From assembly GCA_964106645.2 (NCBI GenBank), contig OZ067044.1: 64,000 nt of DNA, one strand, 5' to 3'. The notes under the pieces are model-generated. The model saw only the letters and a program-made list of their open reading frames with translations. It ran no database searches and was not told the DNA's origin. Every line of letters begins with the position of its first letter. The stretch's first letter is position 1. Shown in pieces: positions 36,973 to 50,916 of the stretch. This DNA is from Podarcis pityusensis. Taxonomy: Eukaryota. A program made the translations under genes and the position numbers.

Positions 36973-37308
36973 GGGACACGGGTGGCGCTGTGGGTTAAAC
37001 CACAGAGCCTAGGACTTGCCGATCAATCGGAAGGTTGGAGGTTTGAATCCCCACAACGGGGTGAGCTCCTGTTGCTAGTTCCCTGCTCCTGCCAGCCTAG
37101 CAGTTCGAAAGCACGCCAAAGTGTAAGTAGATAAATAGATACCGCTCCATCGGGAAGGTAAACGGCGTTTCCGTGCACTGCTGTGGTTCGCCAGAAGCGG
37201 CTTAGTCATGCTGGCCACATGACCCGGAAGCTGTACGCCGGCTCCCTCGGCCAATAAAGCGAGATGAGCGCCGCATCCCCAGAGTTGGCCATGGGTCCCT
37301 TTACTTTT
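36973..37308 (+). mobile_element. Sauria SINE
   Basis: gggacacgggtggcgctgtgggttaaacc...gggtccctttac; small deletion near the 3' end relative to the 50917 copy. Confidence 0.95.
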
Positions 37309-38052
37309 TTAAAAATACCTTAGTTTCAGTGGAAATATATATAGAGAAAATAGGTGTTAGTAGGCCACTCCATGAAAAGGGAAAGAAGACACAGTGGTCT
37401 GAAATAAAGGAACGATCAGGAGCAGCTCACCTGGCAGAGCTGCAATATCAACTTTCCAGCAACTGTGTCACTGCTGCTTATCCAGAGAGAGAGATGTAAA
37501 CCAGCAGAGAGGTACAAGGTGGGTTCACCAGCAGGAGCTTTGCTGGTGTGCCTGTACCACACTGACTACCTCACCCCTCCCAGTAAGCAGCAGCAACACT
37601 CCTGTCAGGAAGCTAGCAATCACAGTTCCATCCCACTGAGAGAGTGACTTTCAGGAAATTGGCTGAAATGAAGAATTTCCAACACAAGTTCTGGATGCCA
37701 CACAGAGCCTACAAAAGCTTTCCTACTGTTGATAGTGGCACCCTATCTGGGGGGTAGTGAGTTGGGGTGAATACAAACTGGCAAAAATAGTACAATGAGC
37801 CACAGAATAGCAAAAAAAAATGGCAGTGCTGTGATGAGCCAAAAGATGTGTAAATCAAATTGAGGACTGAAAATAGGGAAATTAAGGAAGGCTAACATGG
37901 GGGGGGGCAGTAACCAATATGTATAAAGTGTGACCTAAATATTTCCCGTAGTTTGTGTAGTGATATAGTCCTGTTGAATTAATACACTTGCAAAACTGCC
38001 ACTTGGAGTTTTCAAAGTTATGCCTGTATAACATATTTATTATAAATATGCA

Positions 38053-38081
38053 CAGACACAGACAGACAGACAGACAGAAAG

Positions 38082-38128
<47 letters not shown>
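38053..38128. repeat. (GACA)n(GA)n microsatellite
   Basis: Direct reading. Confidence 0.95.
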
Positions 38129-38134
<6 letters not shown>

Positions 38135-38890
38135 ATCCTGGTCACCATCACTGCAAAATCTCTCAGACAGCAAGACAACGTGAGCTCCAGGTGTGAAGCA
38201 CATTTGAAAACAAGTCTGTATATAAATCAGTGAAGAAAAATAGCATATGGGCTTCACAGGTAACAGACCACAAGAGAGCCCTCTACATAAGGCCTGAATT
38301 ATTGCCGCTACATGGCTTACGAAGCAGCCCAACTCACAGCCACCAAGCTATCGCACCTCAGGGGGAAAGGGATATTGAGGGTTATTGAACATTGCCAATT
38401 TTTGCCGTAGATCAGCTTGAAGTTATTTAGCACAGATGTTTCCGTAATTGTGACACACTGGGAAAATCCACATGCTCAATAGCCCTCAAACTCACACTTC
38501 CATCTGTGCAGCGTGAAGGTCTACAGTTACTACACTCAGTGGCAATATAAAACATCCAGGAATACTGGCTCAAGATCTAGGGAAAGGTTTTTCTTTTCTT
38601 TTTTTCCTCTAGCACCATCTGCTCTCTTATATTTACCTGCATTTTTGTGCTCTTGCATTCATATTCAGCACAAGGAGGCAATGTGTTTTGTGAATGTTGG
38701 TAAATATGTGCAGTTAAGGAACCATAACCATTTATTAAGCTCTTGTGGCTGAAGTGTAATATATACAGAAGAGCTGGAACCAATTTCACAAGAGATGTTT
38801 AAATCAGATTTAGAAATCCCCACCTCTGTGCCATGAAATTACACTGAGTCACACAAGGCACGTTCAAATGTTATCATTTTTGTTTTATAC

Positions 38891-39140
38891 CATGGGTAGG
38901 CAAACTAAGGCCCGGGGGCCACATGCGGCCCAATCACCTTCTCAATCTGGCCCGCGGATGGTCCAGGAATCAGCATGTTTTTACATGAGTAGAATGTGTG
39001 CTTTTATTTAAATGCATCTCTGGGTTATTTGTGGGGCACAGGAATTCATTCATATACGTTTTTCAAAATATAGTCTGGCCCCCCACAAGGTCTGAAAGAC
39101 AGTGGACCGGCCCCCTGCTGAAAAAGTTTGCTGACCCCTG
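38891..39140. mobile_element. hAT-Charlie MITE, same family as 31016-31265, opposite orientation
   Basis: TIRs catgggtaggcaaac / gtttgctgacccctg; perfect 8-bp TSD ttttatac (38883-38890, 39141-39148). Confidence 0.95.
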
Positions 39141-39292
39141 TTTTATACAGCTGCACCCCGACAAGTTTTTCTTGCAGACTGGTACTGATATTCATGTAAG
39201 GCAACCCTCGCCAACGTGGTGCCCTCCAAATATTTGGGGCTACAGTTCCCATCAGCCATGCTGGCTGGGGCTAATGGAAGTTGTATTCCAAG

Positions 39293-39428
39293 TCATAGAA
39301 TCATAGAGTTGGAAGAGACCATGAGAGGCATCTAGTCCAAGAACCTGCAATGCAGGAATAGTTTGCCTGATGTGGGGCTTGAATCCACAACCCTGAGATT
39401 AAGAGTCTCATTCTCTATCAACTGATCC
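39293..39428 (-). mobile_element. tRNA-head / CR1-tail SINE
   Basis: tcatagaatcatagagttggaagagacc tail plus tRNA-Lys-like head (rc of ccctgagattaagagtctca...ctatcaactga). Confidence 0.85.
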
Positions 39429-39800
39429 ATGACAGGAGCATCTGGAGGTCAGCAAATTGGCAAAGGCTGACGTAAAGGGATGCAGAAACAACACAGTCTT
39501 CAACTTTTCCTCTTCCTGGCTATGGGCATTCCCATTCCCAACCCCATTGTGGTAACCATATAGTTTGCAAACTGAAGTCTTCACATGCATTCTACAGTTA
39601 TTTTTAATTCAGGCATTTCAAACACAAACCAGTTATTCTGCACCTATTTTCACTGAGAATTAATGGAACGAATTATCTCTAAATCGCTTGAATGCAATGC
39701 TGGCAGAAAAGGAGTATTGATTCCCACTTGTCTTTCACTAGGGAAAGGGGTTCATGGAGAAAGAAGAATTTGGCTGTAGACGTGGCTCTTGTATTGCCAC

Positions 39801-40305
39801 TGTTACGGCTAAAATCTGGGTGCAGGGCTACTCTGCCACCCAGCTCGTCGGACTAGGTCCGCGGGTCCATGCGGAAGAAAATGAGCTCAGCCGGAAGCAG
39901 GAGCAAACTGCAGAAGATCCAAGTTTATTGCGCAACAGGTTCAAGGCGAGATTGAACAGCGAGAAAGGGGTGACATGAACTTTTGAAATTTCCCTCCATA
40001 TCCCAGAATACAGTGCAAAATACATCCCAGTTACATCATGAATACATTAAGAGGTTGGGTTACACAGATTAACATATGGAGGAGGGAGGGGGGAATATGC
40101 AGAGAGCTGGATGGAGGAGGGAGGGGGGAATATGCAGAGAGCTGGAGATATGCGCAGATAAGCACATCCTGAGAAGACAATGGTCCATGTTTGCATAGTC
40201 TGTCACCTGGCATCGCCCGGAGGAAGGGCTTGGCAGATGGAAATAAATGGATATATTGTAGCGAAGAAGAAGGTGAAGAAGACATGCCCCCCCCCTTCCG
40301 TATCA
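39801..40305 (-). mobile_element. Solo LTR (ERV1- or Gypsy-type), 505 bp
   Basis: Inverted termini tgttacgg / ccgtatca; 4-bp TSD ccac (39797-39800, 40306-40309); minus-strand AATAAA at 39924-39929; CpG-rich. Confidence 0.9.
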
Positions 40306-41600
40306 CCACGGAAAAACTAAAAAAGAACCAATCTCAAATATGCTGAAGAGTCTAAATACCTGGCACACTTTTAGCCAGAACAGGGGCTTTCCTATAAGAA
40401 ATGGGACAAACCATGCTTATTTTTTTATAAACCTTTCTAAAAATGTATAAAAACCTTAAAATACAACCTCAAAAGTCACCAATTTATAAAACTATTTTTA
40501 CCATAATTCTCACAGAATATCCATTATCCCGCTAAACAATTTGTTTTTTTCCAGGCAAAAAATATTGTTTGTGTACGTGCTTTGCAACAAAACATGACAT
40601 GCCACCAATGCCTAACATACAATACTGCTCACCTTTACTTGGAAATCTCTCCCATTGAACACAAAGGCATTTGCATCTAGGTGAAAACACATTGGATCAG
40701 GCTGTAAATTACAAATGGCCATTCCAACACAAGTTGGAATTGTTACAATCAGACTCTTTGTTCAATGACAACACCATTGACTTTGTTTTAGACTCAGTGA
40801 ACATTGTGGTATTCCCAAACTGGTATTTCTAATCAAAGGAACCAGCAGCCCTTTCATCAGATACAGCAGTAAATTCTGATGGTAATTGATGAAATCCTTT
40901 AATTTCTCTGTTTGAGAGAGAAGAAACATAGCAAAATCGACAACGTGCCAGCACAATGTGCCAGCCCAACATGCCCAAATGAGCAACATGGAGTGCGCAG
41001 GGAGTACGTGAATCTAAAAGTCAACCCAAAGTGTCCAAAATCTGCAGTCAATAGGTTTTTTCCCCCTCCTCAGGCATTGTCACTCTCCCTAAGTAGCCAT
41101 CGATTCGTGAAACACAAAGAAGAAGAAATCAACTGAGTGACAGCTTTATGCTCTGCCACAGTAAATTCATGCTGAGATGTTGGGGAGGGGGATCTGCCCT
41201 AAAAATATCAATCAAGAGACAGAAGGGAAATGGACACAAGGACACCAGTGTTGACATGCCATTTAGAACAGGGAATTTGCCTTTAAGAGCCGTGAAAACA
41301 AAACAAGGCCCATGCAGCCAAGGGAAGCATAAAATCTAGGCTAACACACAGCAGGGAAAAGGAAAGAAAGAAAAGAAAACATTTATTGTTTGGGTTGGGG
41401 GGGGGACACAAGGGATCTCCTTACACCAAGAATTGCTTTGATGATATTAGGGCTCGTCATGAGAACCGGGGTTTATGTTAGAGTAAAGGAATTAAGACAC
41501 AACATGGCTTGTATGCCTTATTCCACCCTTCTGAAATCAGCGAAAGCGAGTGAGCCAGCATTAAGTTACTGTTCAGAAAAGTCAAGGAGTAAGGACTCAC

Positions 41601-41612
41601 CAGGGGTTCCAT
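41601..41612 (-). other. Candidate 12-nt microexon ATGGAACCCCTG
   Basis: Minus strand reads ctgtaatctttgcccattttgtccttag|ATGGAACCCCTG|gtgagt: polypyrimidine tract with UGC, consensus donor, frame-preserving; host gene not recognised. Confidence 0.5.
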
Positions 41613-44319
41613 CTAAGGACAAAATGGGCAAAGATTACAGATATAGATATAGATGGGGTGCAGAAGCAGGTTTCACAGACCTGCTTGTAAAGCTGCCCCA
41701 AACGTGTTTAAATTCATTTGCTATGGTGACTTTTTATTCCTTACAATAATCAGATACATAAGTGTTCATAAGGGATAATCACGCATTGCTAAAATGGATG
41801 GGGCTATCCTTTCCCTAAATGCTAGATTTGGATGTTTGAATAACTAAGCTGCAAAACTAAGAAGCGATGCTGTACTGCAAATCATCCAATGCATTATGAC
41901 ATTCTTACATTTTTATTATATGTGAGGCATTAAGTACGTAATGGATTTGTAAGTATCATATCATATCAAAAGAAGCTACATCAATAGGGCCTGATGGCAT
42001 CTGCCATCCAATCATTTAAAATTTAAAATAGATGTGCCGTAAAACCCAGAAAATACATTTTAAGAGGTAGCTTTGTTTGCATGTATTGACTGTCACACAT
42101 CTAAATCTTTAAATATATTCTTGATTACAAAATTCAATGCATTCCAGCAAAGCTAAGGTAATTGTTGCACCTTAACCCCTGCTCCTTAACTTATAAGTGT
42201 TAGGTGAAAATTTAGTGGTCACAAGCGACTGATACTCAAATACGTACCGCAGCTGTTAAACAGGTACAAGTGGAGGGAACAATAACATGAGGGTTGTGGG
42301 ATGGTTGCTTGTCTTTCCCTTTCTGCGCATTATTTCCATGTTGTGTTTATCTTGTCTTCTTGTAAAACACATCTAAAAGTAATGAACACAAAATTTTAAT
42401 GGTAGCCACTTTCTACTTAAGATGCTGCAACCTCAGAAAATGTTCACTGTAATTATATTATTCAGGCACTTAACTCCTGGTCTATATGCTTAGCCCAATG
42501 GGAAATATTTGAGAATGAAAAATATGAGATGGTAACTTGGAATGTAGATCAATGAAAGACTGAGGGCAAGGGATGAAATATTGGCACAGACTTAATTCAT
42601 TAGGAAAGTCTCCAATCTTAACCAACTGATAGAGCCTAAGTGGATTGATCCACTAACTGAACCATTTAAGAATGGAATCAATCATTCCTCAAAATAGTAC
42701 AACAGTGTATGTATGTGTTTTGTTTGTGTGGGTACAGGTGCAGAAGAAATAATTTCAATCTTTCTCTCAATATCTCTATCTGGTTATTGTCTAATATTTT
42801 CCTGGCAGAGGACTCTGCACTTCAGGGGTGTAGAGATTTTACCTGTAGTGGAATTTCAAGGTTAATTGGATAGTAGAGAATAATTAAGAAGTATTCATAT
42901 ATTCTGTTTACTATGTGAAAAGCTCAGTAACAGTGATGTAGTCATGGATCTGGTTAGATCGCACATCAGATAATTTTGCCAGTGATTGAACAGATGAATC
43001 AAAATGTACTGAATGTGTCATACTGTTATGTTGCCACGTTGGGAAAACTGCTACATAGTTATCACCCCAACCTTTATGAGATGTGAATCTAGACAAGCAG
43101 AATTAATCACTGGTACATTCTGAAGGACCACAATGTAAATCCAAAATATTAGTCAAAGGATTTCAAATGTAAATATTGTTCACAAACTAAAAATGCCCTT
43201 GGTTACCCACATCCATCAAAATACTGCTTGATGTAGAAAACATGTATAAAATATCCATGTTGTTTATTTTTAAAAAAAATTTAAGCAAGACATCTGCTCG
43301 TTTAAACATGTGGGGTTTTTTTTAAAAAAAAAAAAAGCCAGAAATGAGAGCTCACAATGAACTACAGCACACAACCTGAGGTACAGGACATGTCAACACA
43401 TTTAAGGTCCAGCAAAATAGCATAGGAAAATTTTGTGACTATACCAGACTGCAACCTTTCTTCTTCAAGTGTAACTTTTTATTAAATATGGGGGAGCATT
43501 AAAAATGTGGTAATATTTGAAGTTAACTCTGTGGCTTAGACACTCACTTACTGTGGCACGGATGTTTGGCAAATAGTTAGTACTACTATTCAATATGCTG
43601 GACATTTATTATGAATGCTGTCCATTTCTGTGAAGCTTGGGCATTATGAACTTGGCTTATGTCTAAGTTGCATTCTGTATGCCAGGATAATATTCTATAA
43701 AGATTTAATAAGACATAATGAGCAAGTGAAATTTATGAAGCAGGCTTGTTCCCCTCTACCCAACACTGGGATTTTTATTCCTGCCAGCTCAAAACGCTAA
43801 CTAAATGGTGATTCATTTTACAATGTCAGAGGTATCTAAGCAAGAGTCATTTATTTAAATCTTTCTGCTCCTGGGGTGACTGTACATGGAAAGCAATGCT
43901 TTCTGGTATTTAGTATTTATGAACCTTTGAGAACCATAGCAGTACTAATTTGGCACATCATCTTCTTGTAGTAATTCTTAGAAGACAAGCTGGGAATCCC
44001 AACAGCATTCTCTAACACAGGATCCTTTCTTTGGGTTGGTGAAAAACAGCACCTATGACCCACATTCAGCTAATATGGAATACAACATTAGTGAGAAATC
44101 ATGTATGTAAATCAGGAGTGTGCCAGTGTAATTAGGGTTGAATGCACTTCAGTGCTAACAACCTGTGTTCCGGGAGAACCAAGAACCAACCATTCCAATG
44201 CTCTATTACTGTCTTAGTATATTCACATGGTCAGCCAAGGCTGTTTCCCTTCCCAAACTAGCACGGGACCCAAATTGGTATGCATCCAAACAATCAGGGA
44301 TGACATCACAAAGCTAAAG

Positions 44320-45150
44320 GAGGCCTAGGGTTGAGATACCATTTATGACCAAGGTATTGAAGAGGATGAGAGTAAGTTAGACACTGGCTTAAAGCTGTTC
44401 AGAACTGTAGAGTCCAGACTAGATTCTACCCCACTTCCAGAAAGTCCTCACTATTTCCTCCTTAAGGGAAACAAGAAAAGCTTCCCTCCCTCAGAGCAGC
44501 ATTCACGATCTCAGTGGTCCAAGTTGGAAACCCAGCCTGGTTGATTTCCCTAGCTAGAAAAGGCAAGTACAAGTATGGGCCTAAAACCTCTAAGCACCTT
44601 GCTTACATTCTCAGGCTACACAAGAGCCTGTGACAACATACCTAGACAGTGCTCTAGCTATGTCCACCTCTGATTTTGTAATAACTATGGCATTCAACTC
44701 TTCAAAATTATCTAAAAATGTAATGCAAATTGGTCACAGTGAACATCCAAGTGTTCCACAATTGTTCCATTGGGCCTGCATAAAAAGGCCTTCGGCCACT
44801 TCAAAAATCTCCACTGGACAACATCCAGATGCAATGGTGGAAAAGTTTTCTGTGAGCCATCTCAGCCACAGCAGGCCCTACAATAGAACCTCATCAGTAT
44901 TTGGTTGCATTTGCCAAAAGTCTTGTGCTATCAGTTGGTCATCCATTTCACTCCCCTCAGCTCCTCAGAATATGAAGCAGCTAACATGATGAAGTGGTTA
45001 AATTGCGGTCATTTGGGAGTGACCATCTGAATGGCCAAAATCACCCCCATATTCTAAGCAGAGATCTGGACCTTGGCAGGGTCATTGGCCAAATCTACAA
45101 GAAAACCCTCTGAATCCATCAGCCTCTGGTAGTGTACCACTGAAAATGGT
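44320..45150 (-). mobile_element. Decayed L2 ORF2 internal fragment
   Basis: Minus-strand pieces QRLMDSEGF, VHCDQFALHF, PENVSKVLRG, EIVNAALREG, SLDSTVLNSFKPVSNL follow L2 ORF2 order with frameshifts. Confidence 0.75.
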
Positions 45151-47233
45151 GTATTCAAAGCCACCAGTCCACCATCTGCACATGTAATTACCTTCTGGAA
45201 TCCATCGGAACATGTTTTGATGTCACCTACCTTAAATAACTCTCCTCAAGGGCACAAGGGAGTAAAGAAACACTGCATGTAAGGAAGATTGCAGTTATTA
45301 CTTCCATATGGGGGAATTGTTAAAAGATTGTGGTTTACCATTCAGAGAATTTACAGCTGAGTTGAAGCTTGATCTAGGCAATTCCTCTTCATACCGCAAG
45401 TTCAGCACACACTACACTACAGCTCTTGGGAAACATCTCAGGACTGTCCATTTAGGATTTTCTTTTAGGGCTGAGTGAGTGAGTAAGTGAATGATTTATT
45501 AGGGTTGAATGGAATGGAAGGATGGTGAAGTTTGTGGCAGCAGTATATCAAACATAAAATCTCACCCTTTTGGTGACAATCTGAGAGACTTAAAAACATG
45601 ATGCAACAATTATCCCGTTCAATGTGGGAGCAGGAACCACTGCCCTAAGTTCACTTTAGCTTTGTGATGATGCCACATAGGTGGGGATTTGACCTTTACA
45701 CTAGCTACATGATCCCTGATTGGTTGGATCATGCAGCCAACATAAGGAGGAATTCACCAGAATAGCAGCTAAAAAAAAGCAGTGAGCAAGAATGAAAAGG
45801 AGCAAAAGGATACCCCCCCCCCAAAAATGCGAAAGGTATGAGAGATATATTTCACACAATATTTGGTGTTTGTGTGGAGAATCCCTTTTTCCATTTTCTG
45901 AACTGAATATGTTCACCCACCTAAATGCGGCTCAGCCCTAGAATTTCTTTTTGATGGAAGAGTGGAAGAGAAGTGAGATAATCATGCAAATGTTGGCTCC
46001 ATAATTTTATTATACCAGACCTCTGCATTGCATTTTAGAAACTTTTCCAGGGCAAATTATTAACCTTTCTGGCTATCTGAAAAATGAGTTTAATAGCATT
46101 TTTCTACCTCAAAGGGATATTGTGTCGCTAAATTAATTAGACTCAGCCAGGATCTTATTTTGCATCTGTAGTAAGAATAGTGCATCAGCTCTAGGGGATT
46201 TCCCTCCTACAAAACACCCCACACACCCCAATAAGAAGAATGGAAAAAGAAGAAAAAATAGCCTCCAAATGCCATGTCCAAATGACCACAATATGGAAAC
46301 ATCCCCTACAAATTATAATATTAAAATGAAATGAATCCTGTTTGGCTTTGTCTGCAAAAATGCAACCATCCTCATGTGAATTACATTTTTAAAAGTCACA
46401 ATTACATCTGTAAGGCACATAAACATTTTTTTAAAATGTTTTTTAAAAATTTTTAAAGCTCTTTAGAGGAAGACCATTAGATAAGTATTGATTTATGACC
46501 CCAACTATATGTGTTTCATATGTGAGAGAGAATGGTTTATATGTAGGATTTTATGGGTCATTGTAAATAGCTGTCTCTACCAGTGTGGAAAGATAATAAA
46601 AAATGAAAAATGATTTTTAAAATACCTAATTCCACGGAAACTGTAAAAAGGAGTGAAACTTCTTCACCTGTTTGACCTTTAAACTATGTAGATGTTTCAT
46701 CCTGTGGCATAAAAGCTCTTTGTAATTTAAAAACAGGAAAAGGACGAATGGAGCAAGCTCAGACTTTCTCTCTTCTCTCTCTGCTTCTTTTCTTTCAACT
46801 CATTGTGGGCAGTTAAAATGAGGTTGCTGGTTTAGTTCAAAATACACCCACTGAGATCAAGACTCTGTCCTGCTGCTAGACTATGAGCAAAAGCAAAATA
46901 GGATTAAACTGGATAAAGCACCTTTCTAATTTATTAGCCTCAGACTTCAGGTCTGAGAGTTTAGGTGAGAGACCAATGGAACATTGCTCTTATTCTCCCC
47001 ATTGGTTGCTGGTTTCTTCCACTGTTCCATTGCAGAATATGATCCATTCCCTCCCTTGCAGAAGTTCATTTCACCTGAATGCTTTCATAACAGCACAGCA
47101 AGAAACTGCTGTATCACTCCAGTGGCCTATCCTGTTCTCAACATCCTGGGCATTTAGAGGAGGGATAAACAAATAAATAGTAATGCATCATTCCATGTTT
47201 CTTTTTATCACCATAACAGAATAATGAACTATG

Positions 47234-47341
47234 GGTTGTAGCCAATGTTACTTCTACTCTGAGCAGACCCATTGAAAATAAAGGGTCATAGTCCATATAT
47301 CCATTAATTTCAATGGCTCTGCGACTAACATTGGATAAAAC
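47234..47341. repeat. Short palindromic repeat, family A
   Basis: ggttgtagccaatgtta...acccattgaaa...ttcaatgg...taacattggataaaac. Confidence 0.65.
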
Positions 47342-49864
47342 ACTACATCCCAACTTTAATCTAGCAGTTTTGTACTGAAGGCACTGCAAAATATATGAAC
47401 TTAATGCATTGTGCTTCCCCTAAAACATGGGTAGCTTGCACATGCACAGAAATTGTAAGAATCCAAATTTTCTATCAAGCAGAAATATCTTCTGTGTGTT
47501 CCTTTTGAAATTTGTTAAAAGCTGTGATCTCAGGTGATACTAGTAAATAAAGTACCAAAAAACCCAGCAAAAGACAAAGGCAGCATTTTCAAACTTGGAT
47601 GATATTTTCCATTCCATTGTTTTATTTTAGGTTACGTCTGACGTGTCACATTTGCATCATGGTGTCTCTGAAGACTACAACCAAAGATCTCCTGGCAGAG
47701 GCTATGAAGAGATGTGTTTTAATCACTAAATTCCTTCTCCGCTGTTAGAAGACAGCAACCCACTCAGTTGTGTGGGTAACAAGGGCCGTGATGAGGTTAC
47801 TCAGGACTTCTGACTCAATGGCAATTGACCCTGTGACTGAAACCAATTTGAGTTTATTGCTCATTTACAGTGTTTTCGTCGGGTCCCAGATGGGCAATTT
47901 TCACATTCTGTGATCAGTGGCTGCCCCACTGTAGGTCATGCATGACAGGCGGCACACAGACAGAGTCCACTTTGCATCCTCCTGCTAAGAATTCCACTGT
48001 AGCTGCATAGTGCTTAATGCCTGACTCACAGCGTGGGACCATGGCTTGGCAACTTCAAGTGCTATTATCTCGCTTTTTCTCAACAAAACAGAAGCACACT
48101 TCTCCTGAGATACAATGGGAACAAAGCAAAACTCCTGCTGCTTTGTTCTGATACTGGTAAGATTGCCAAACTATTGCTGCAGGTAAAAAACCCCCAGCAA
48201 AACTATCTGGAATGAAGTCCAAATTAGCTAGGTTACCCATTAACTTCATTCAAAATGGTATTCCAATAATCTTCTCACAACCATCACCACAAAAAAACAA
48301 AAATTACAAGCCTAAGGTCCAACTAAGATGACCACAGCAATGGCAGGGCTTACACCAGTATATTTAGTTGATATGCTATGCTCAGCAGAGAGTTGTAGCA
48401 TCTTTGAGGACGAACAGAAGCATGGGGCTCCTTTTATCAGGTGGGGGGGGGAAACAGTTTGGAGAGGAATGGGTTGACCTTTTCCTGTGCTGCAGTTCTA
48501 GTTTAGGCCCCTGCAACCATGTACAGTTGTATAGAGTTCCATATTTCTGCTGTGCAGATTCGTGTGGCAGCAAACTAGTTAAATAACACTTCCAGATCCA
48601 CTGTTTCCAACTCATGTTCCGGCAATCTGAAAAAAGGGGTGAGCATAATTCTTTGCATAGAGTGGGATAATATCTTGAATTTTGTCTGAAACTGTCATTC
48701 AGAAATATTGTATATTTGGACAAGACACAAATGAATGCACAAAGTCTTCCTATTTCTGAAAACAGAGAAAACAAAGCATGTCCAAGAGCTCTGACAAATG
48801 CATGACAAGGAACCCCTGCTTATGAGTTCTGTTGAATTAGTGGGGTGGATGGCTAGTGCCAAGTAGCCCTGAGGGGTTAGCATTCTCTGTAGGTCAGGTT
48901 CCAAGAACACTTGGCCATCCAGATGTTGTTGGGCTCCCACTCCCATCAGCCTCTGATGGGCAGGGATGGTTAGTGTTGTGGTTCAGCAACATCTGGAGAC
49001 CCTGCTCATTTCCTCAATGTCCCTTTGAGTGCATTCTATCATTTTGTATCTGTTTCCTTAAAATAAGAGCAAAGCCAATCATGGGGAAGGATGGTGCTAG
49101 ATGGGAGCATGGCTGAAAGATGAGAGGGCAGCCTACAGAAAGAAGGTCATGAAGATATGTAAGATGTGTCTCTTTCATCCCAGATTACAGTGCTATGTCA
49201 CCAAGCAACTCAAGGGGTGGATAAATCATTTTCTTTACCTGACCACTGGAAGACAGAGGTCAGGTAAATTAGAATATCCAATGCTATTTTGTTATTTAGG
49301 CAAAAGCATTTATTCAGAGAAAGAGGCTCACCCTGGTTGTCCTGTTTGATGGAGGTACACAAAGCTGATTCTGGTAATTCTTATTGACAGCAGAGGGTCA
49401 TAGCACTTGGAGCTGAGGTGAAGCTGACCAGCTGCAGAGGTGCTGCTGACTGATTTAACTCAGCCAACAGGCCACATGAGATTCCAATTGAGCACTGACT
49501 CTGTTATTTTGTTGTTGGGATGAGGGAGGAAAAGGAGTCTTTCTTTCCTTCCTTCTCCATAAAACACTATATCCAACTTTCTTCTTATGTGACAGTGGAT
49601 GTTTCTATGAAGAATGAACTCTAGATGGAATCATTGGGGTTGTGTCTTTTTTAAAACAAAGCACGACAACACTGTTGTTGTTTTTAATGGGAAAGCTGTC
49701 AAATATTTATCAAGGAAAGAAATCCAGAGGTGAATTTAAACCGACTGAAATACATCAAATAAATGGGCAGACTTTACCTTGCATTATTGGGATCATTTGT
49801 TTCAATAGCAATCGGTTTCAGTCTTGTAAACAAGCTATCTGTAATGGAATGACCTCTGGGAAGC

Positions 49865-49867
<3 letters not shown>

Positions 49868-49896
<29 letters not shown>
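49868..49896. repeat. (AC)n microsatellite
   Basis: Direct reading. Confidence 0.95.
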
Positions 49897-50916
49897 TTTC
49901 ATTCTTTAGTTTCATTCTTTTTCATTCCAGAATCTAGCTCTCTTTCATGATACAAAGTGTTCCCATCCTGTTTGATATCTTTAAAAATGATACCGGGTAC
50001 CAGATTAAAGAACAAGGAATGTTGTACTCAGAGCTTGGAGAGTTCGTTTTAAACAGAAATCAGTTCCTACCTTAAGCTCAGTATGTCCAAATAGGAACTA
50101 ATTCCAGTTCATCTTCGTTTTTTTACAAAACAAACTAGTTTGGATCATGTTCAATTCAAGTTCATCTATATAGATCCTCAGCAATTTCCCCCCAGCATCT
50201 GAATATTACAAACTGTTGTGCTAAAGTATAAAATATAGTTAAGAAGACAAAGGAAACATCAAAATACACTCAGTGGAATTTGAATTGTTTAATTTATTTC
50301 CCCCAGCAATCATGATCTTTAAGTTTAAATTTCTGAAGCGTATAAAGAGTAAAAAAAAATGTGTAAGAGAATAAACTTGAAGATGAACTAAAAATCATTA
50401 AGAGTTCTAGCTTACCATTCAGCAAACCCGACAACTCTGGGAACTGCTTTCAGGTGTAGCTCAGAGATTTTTGAACTTTATTCCATGATCTTCATTAAAC
50501 TGAAAAGCCAGGGTAAAGAGGTGTAGCTTCTATTCAGGCTTTTATAGTAGCTCCATTGTAACGGTTTTGACCATTATATTGTAATTATTTTTCTATAATT
50601 TACTGTTTATTTTGTATCATTCTTTCATGGTTGTGAATGAACATTTCCATTTTTTCACCGTTTTTCACTTATTTTTAATGCAGTTTAAATTGAATTTCTT
50701 TTTGGTGCAGTTCTGGCTGTCTACACATATGCTCACTGTACAATGTATATAGATTGAATTGAGAACCCTTCCCCATCCCCAACAGAGAACACAGTGCATG
50801 AGGAGGGGAGATTTAACCCATATGTCTCCAGTTATGAAGACAATTGCAATATTTGATGTGACTTCAAGGAAAGGTATAGATAGTTTTTGAGAATTGTGCA
50901 ACAGTAATCATTAAGT

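Noticed and set aside
37431-37662. Minus-strand 232-nt exon candidate
   Set aside because: Reasonable splice sites but stops in all frames and no independent support.
39754-39978. CpG-rich stretch as CpG island or coding exon
   Set aside because: Lies within the TSD-bounded solo LTR.
28629-41612. Joining the minus-strand exon candidates into one ORF starting MEPL
   Set aside because: Gives a short unrecognisable peptide; joining unverified exons is over-interpretation.
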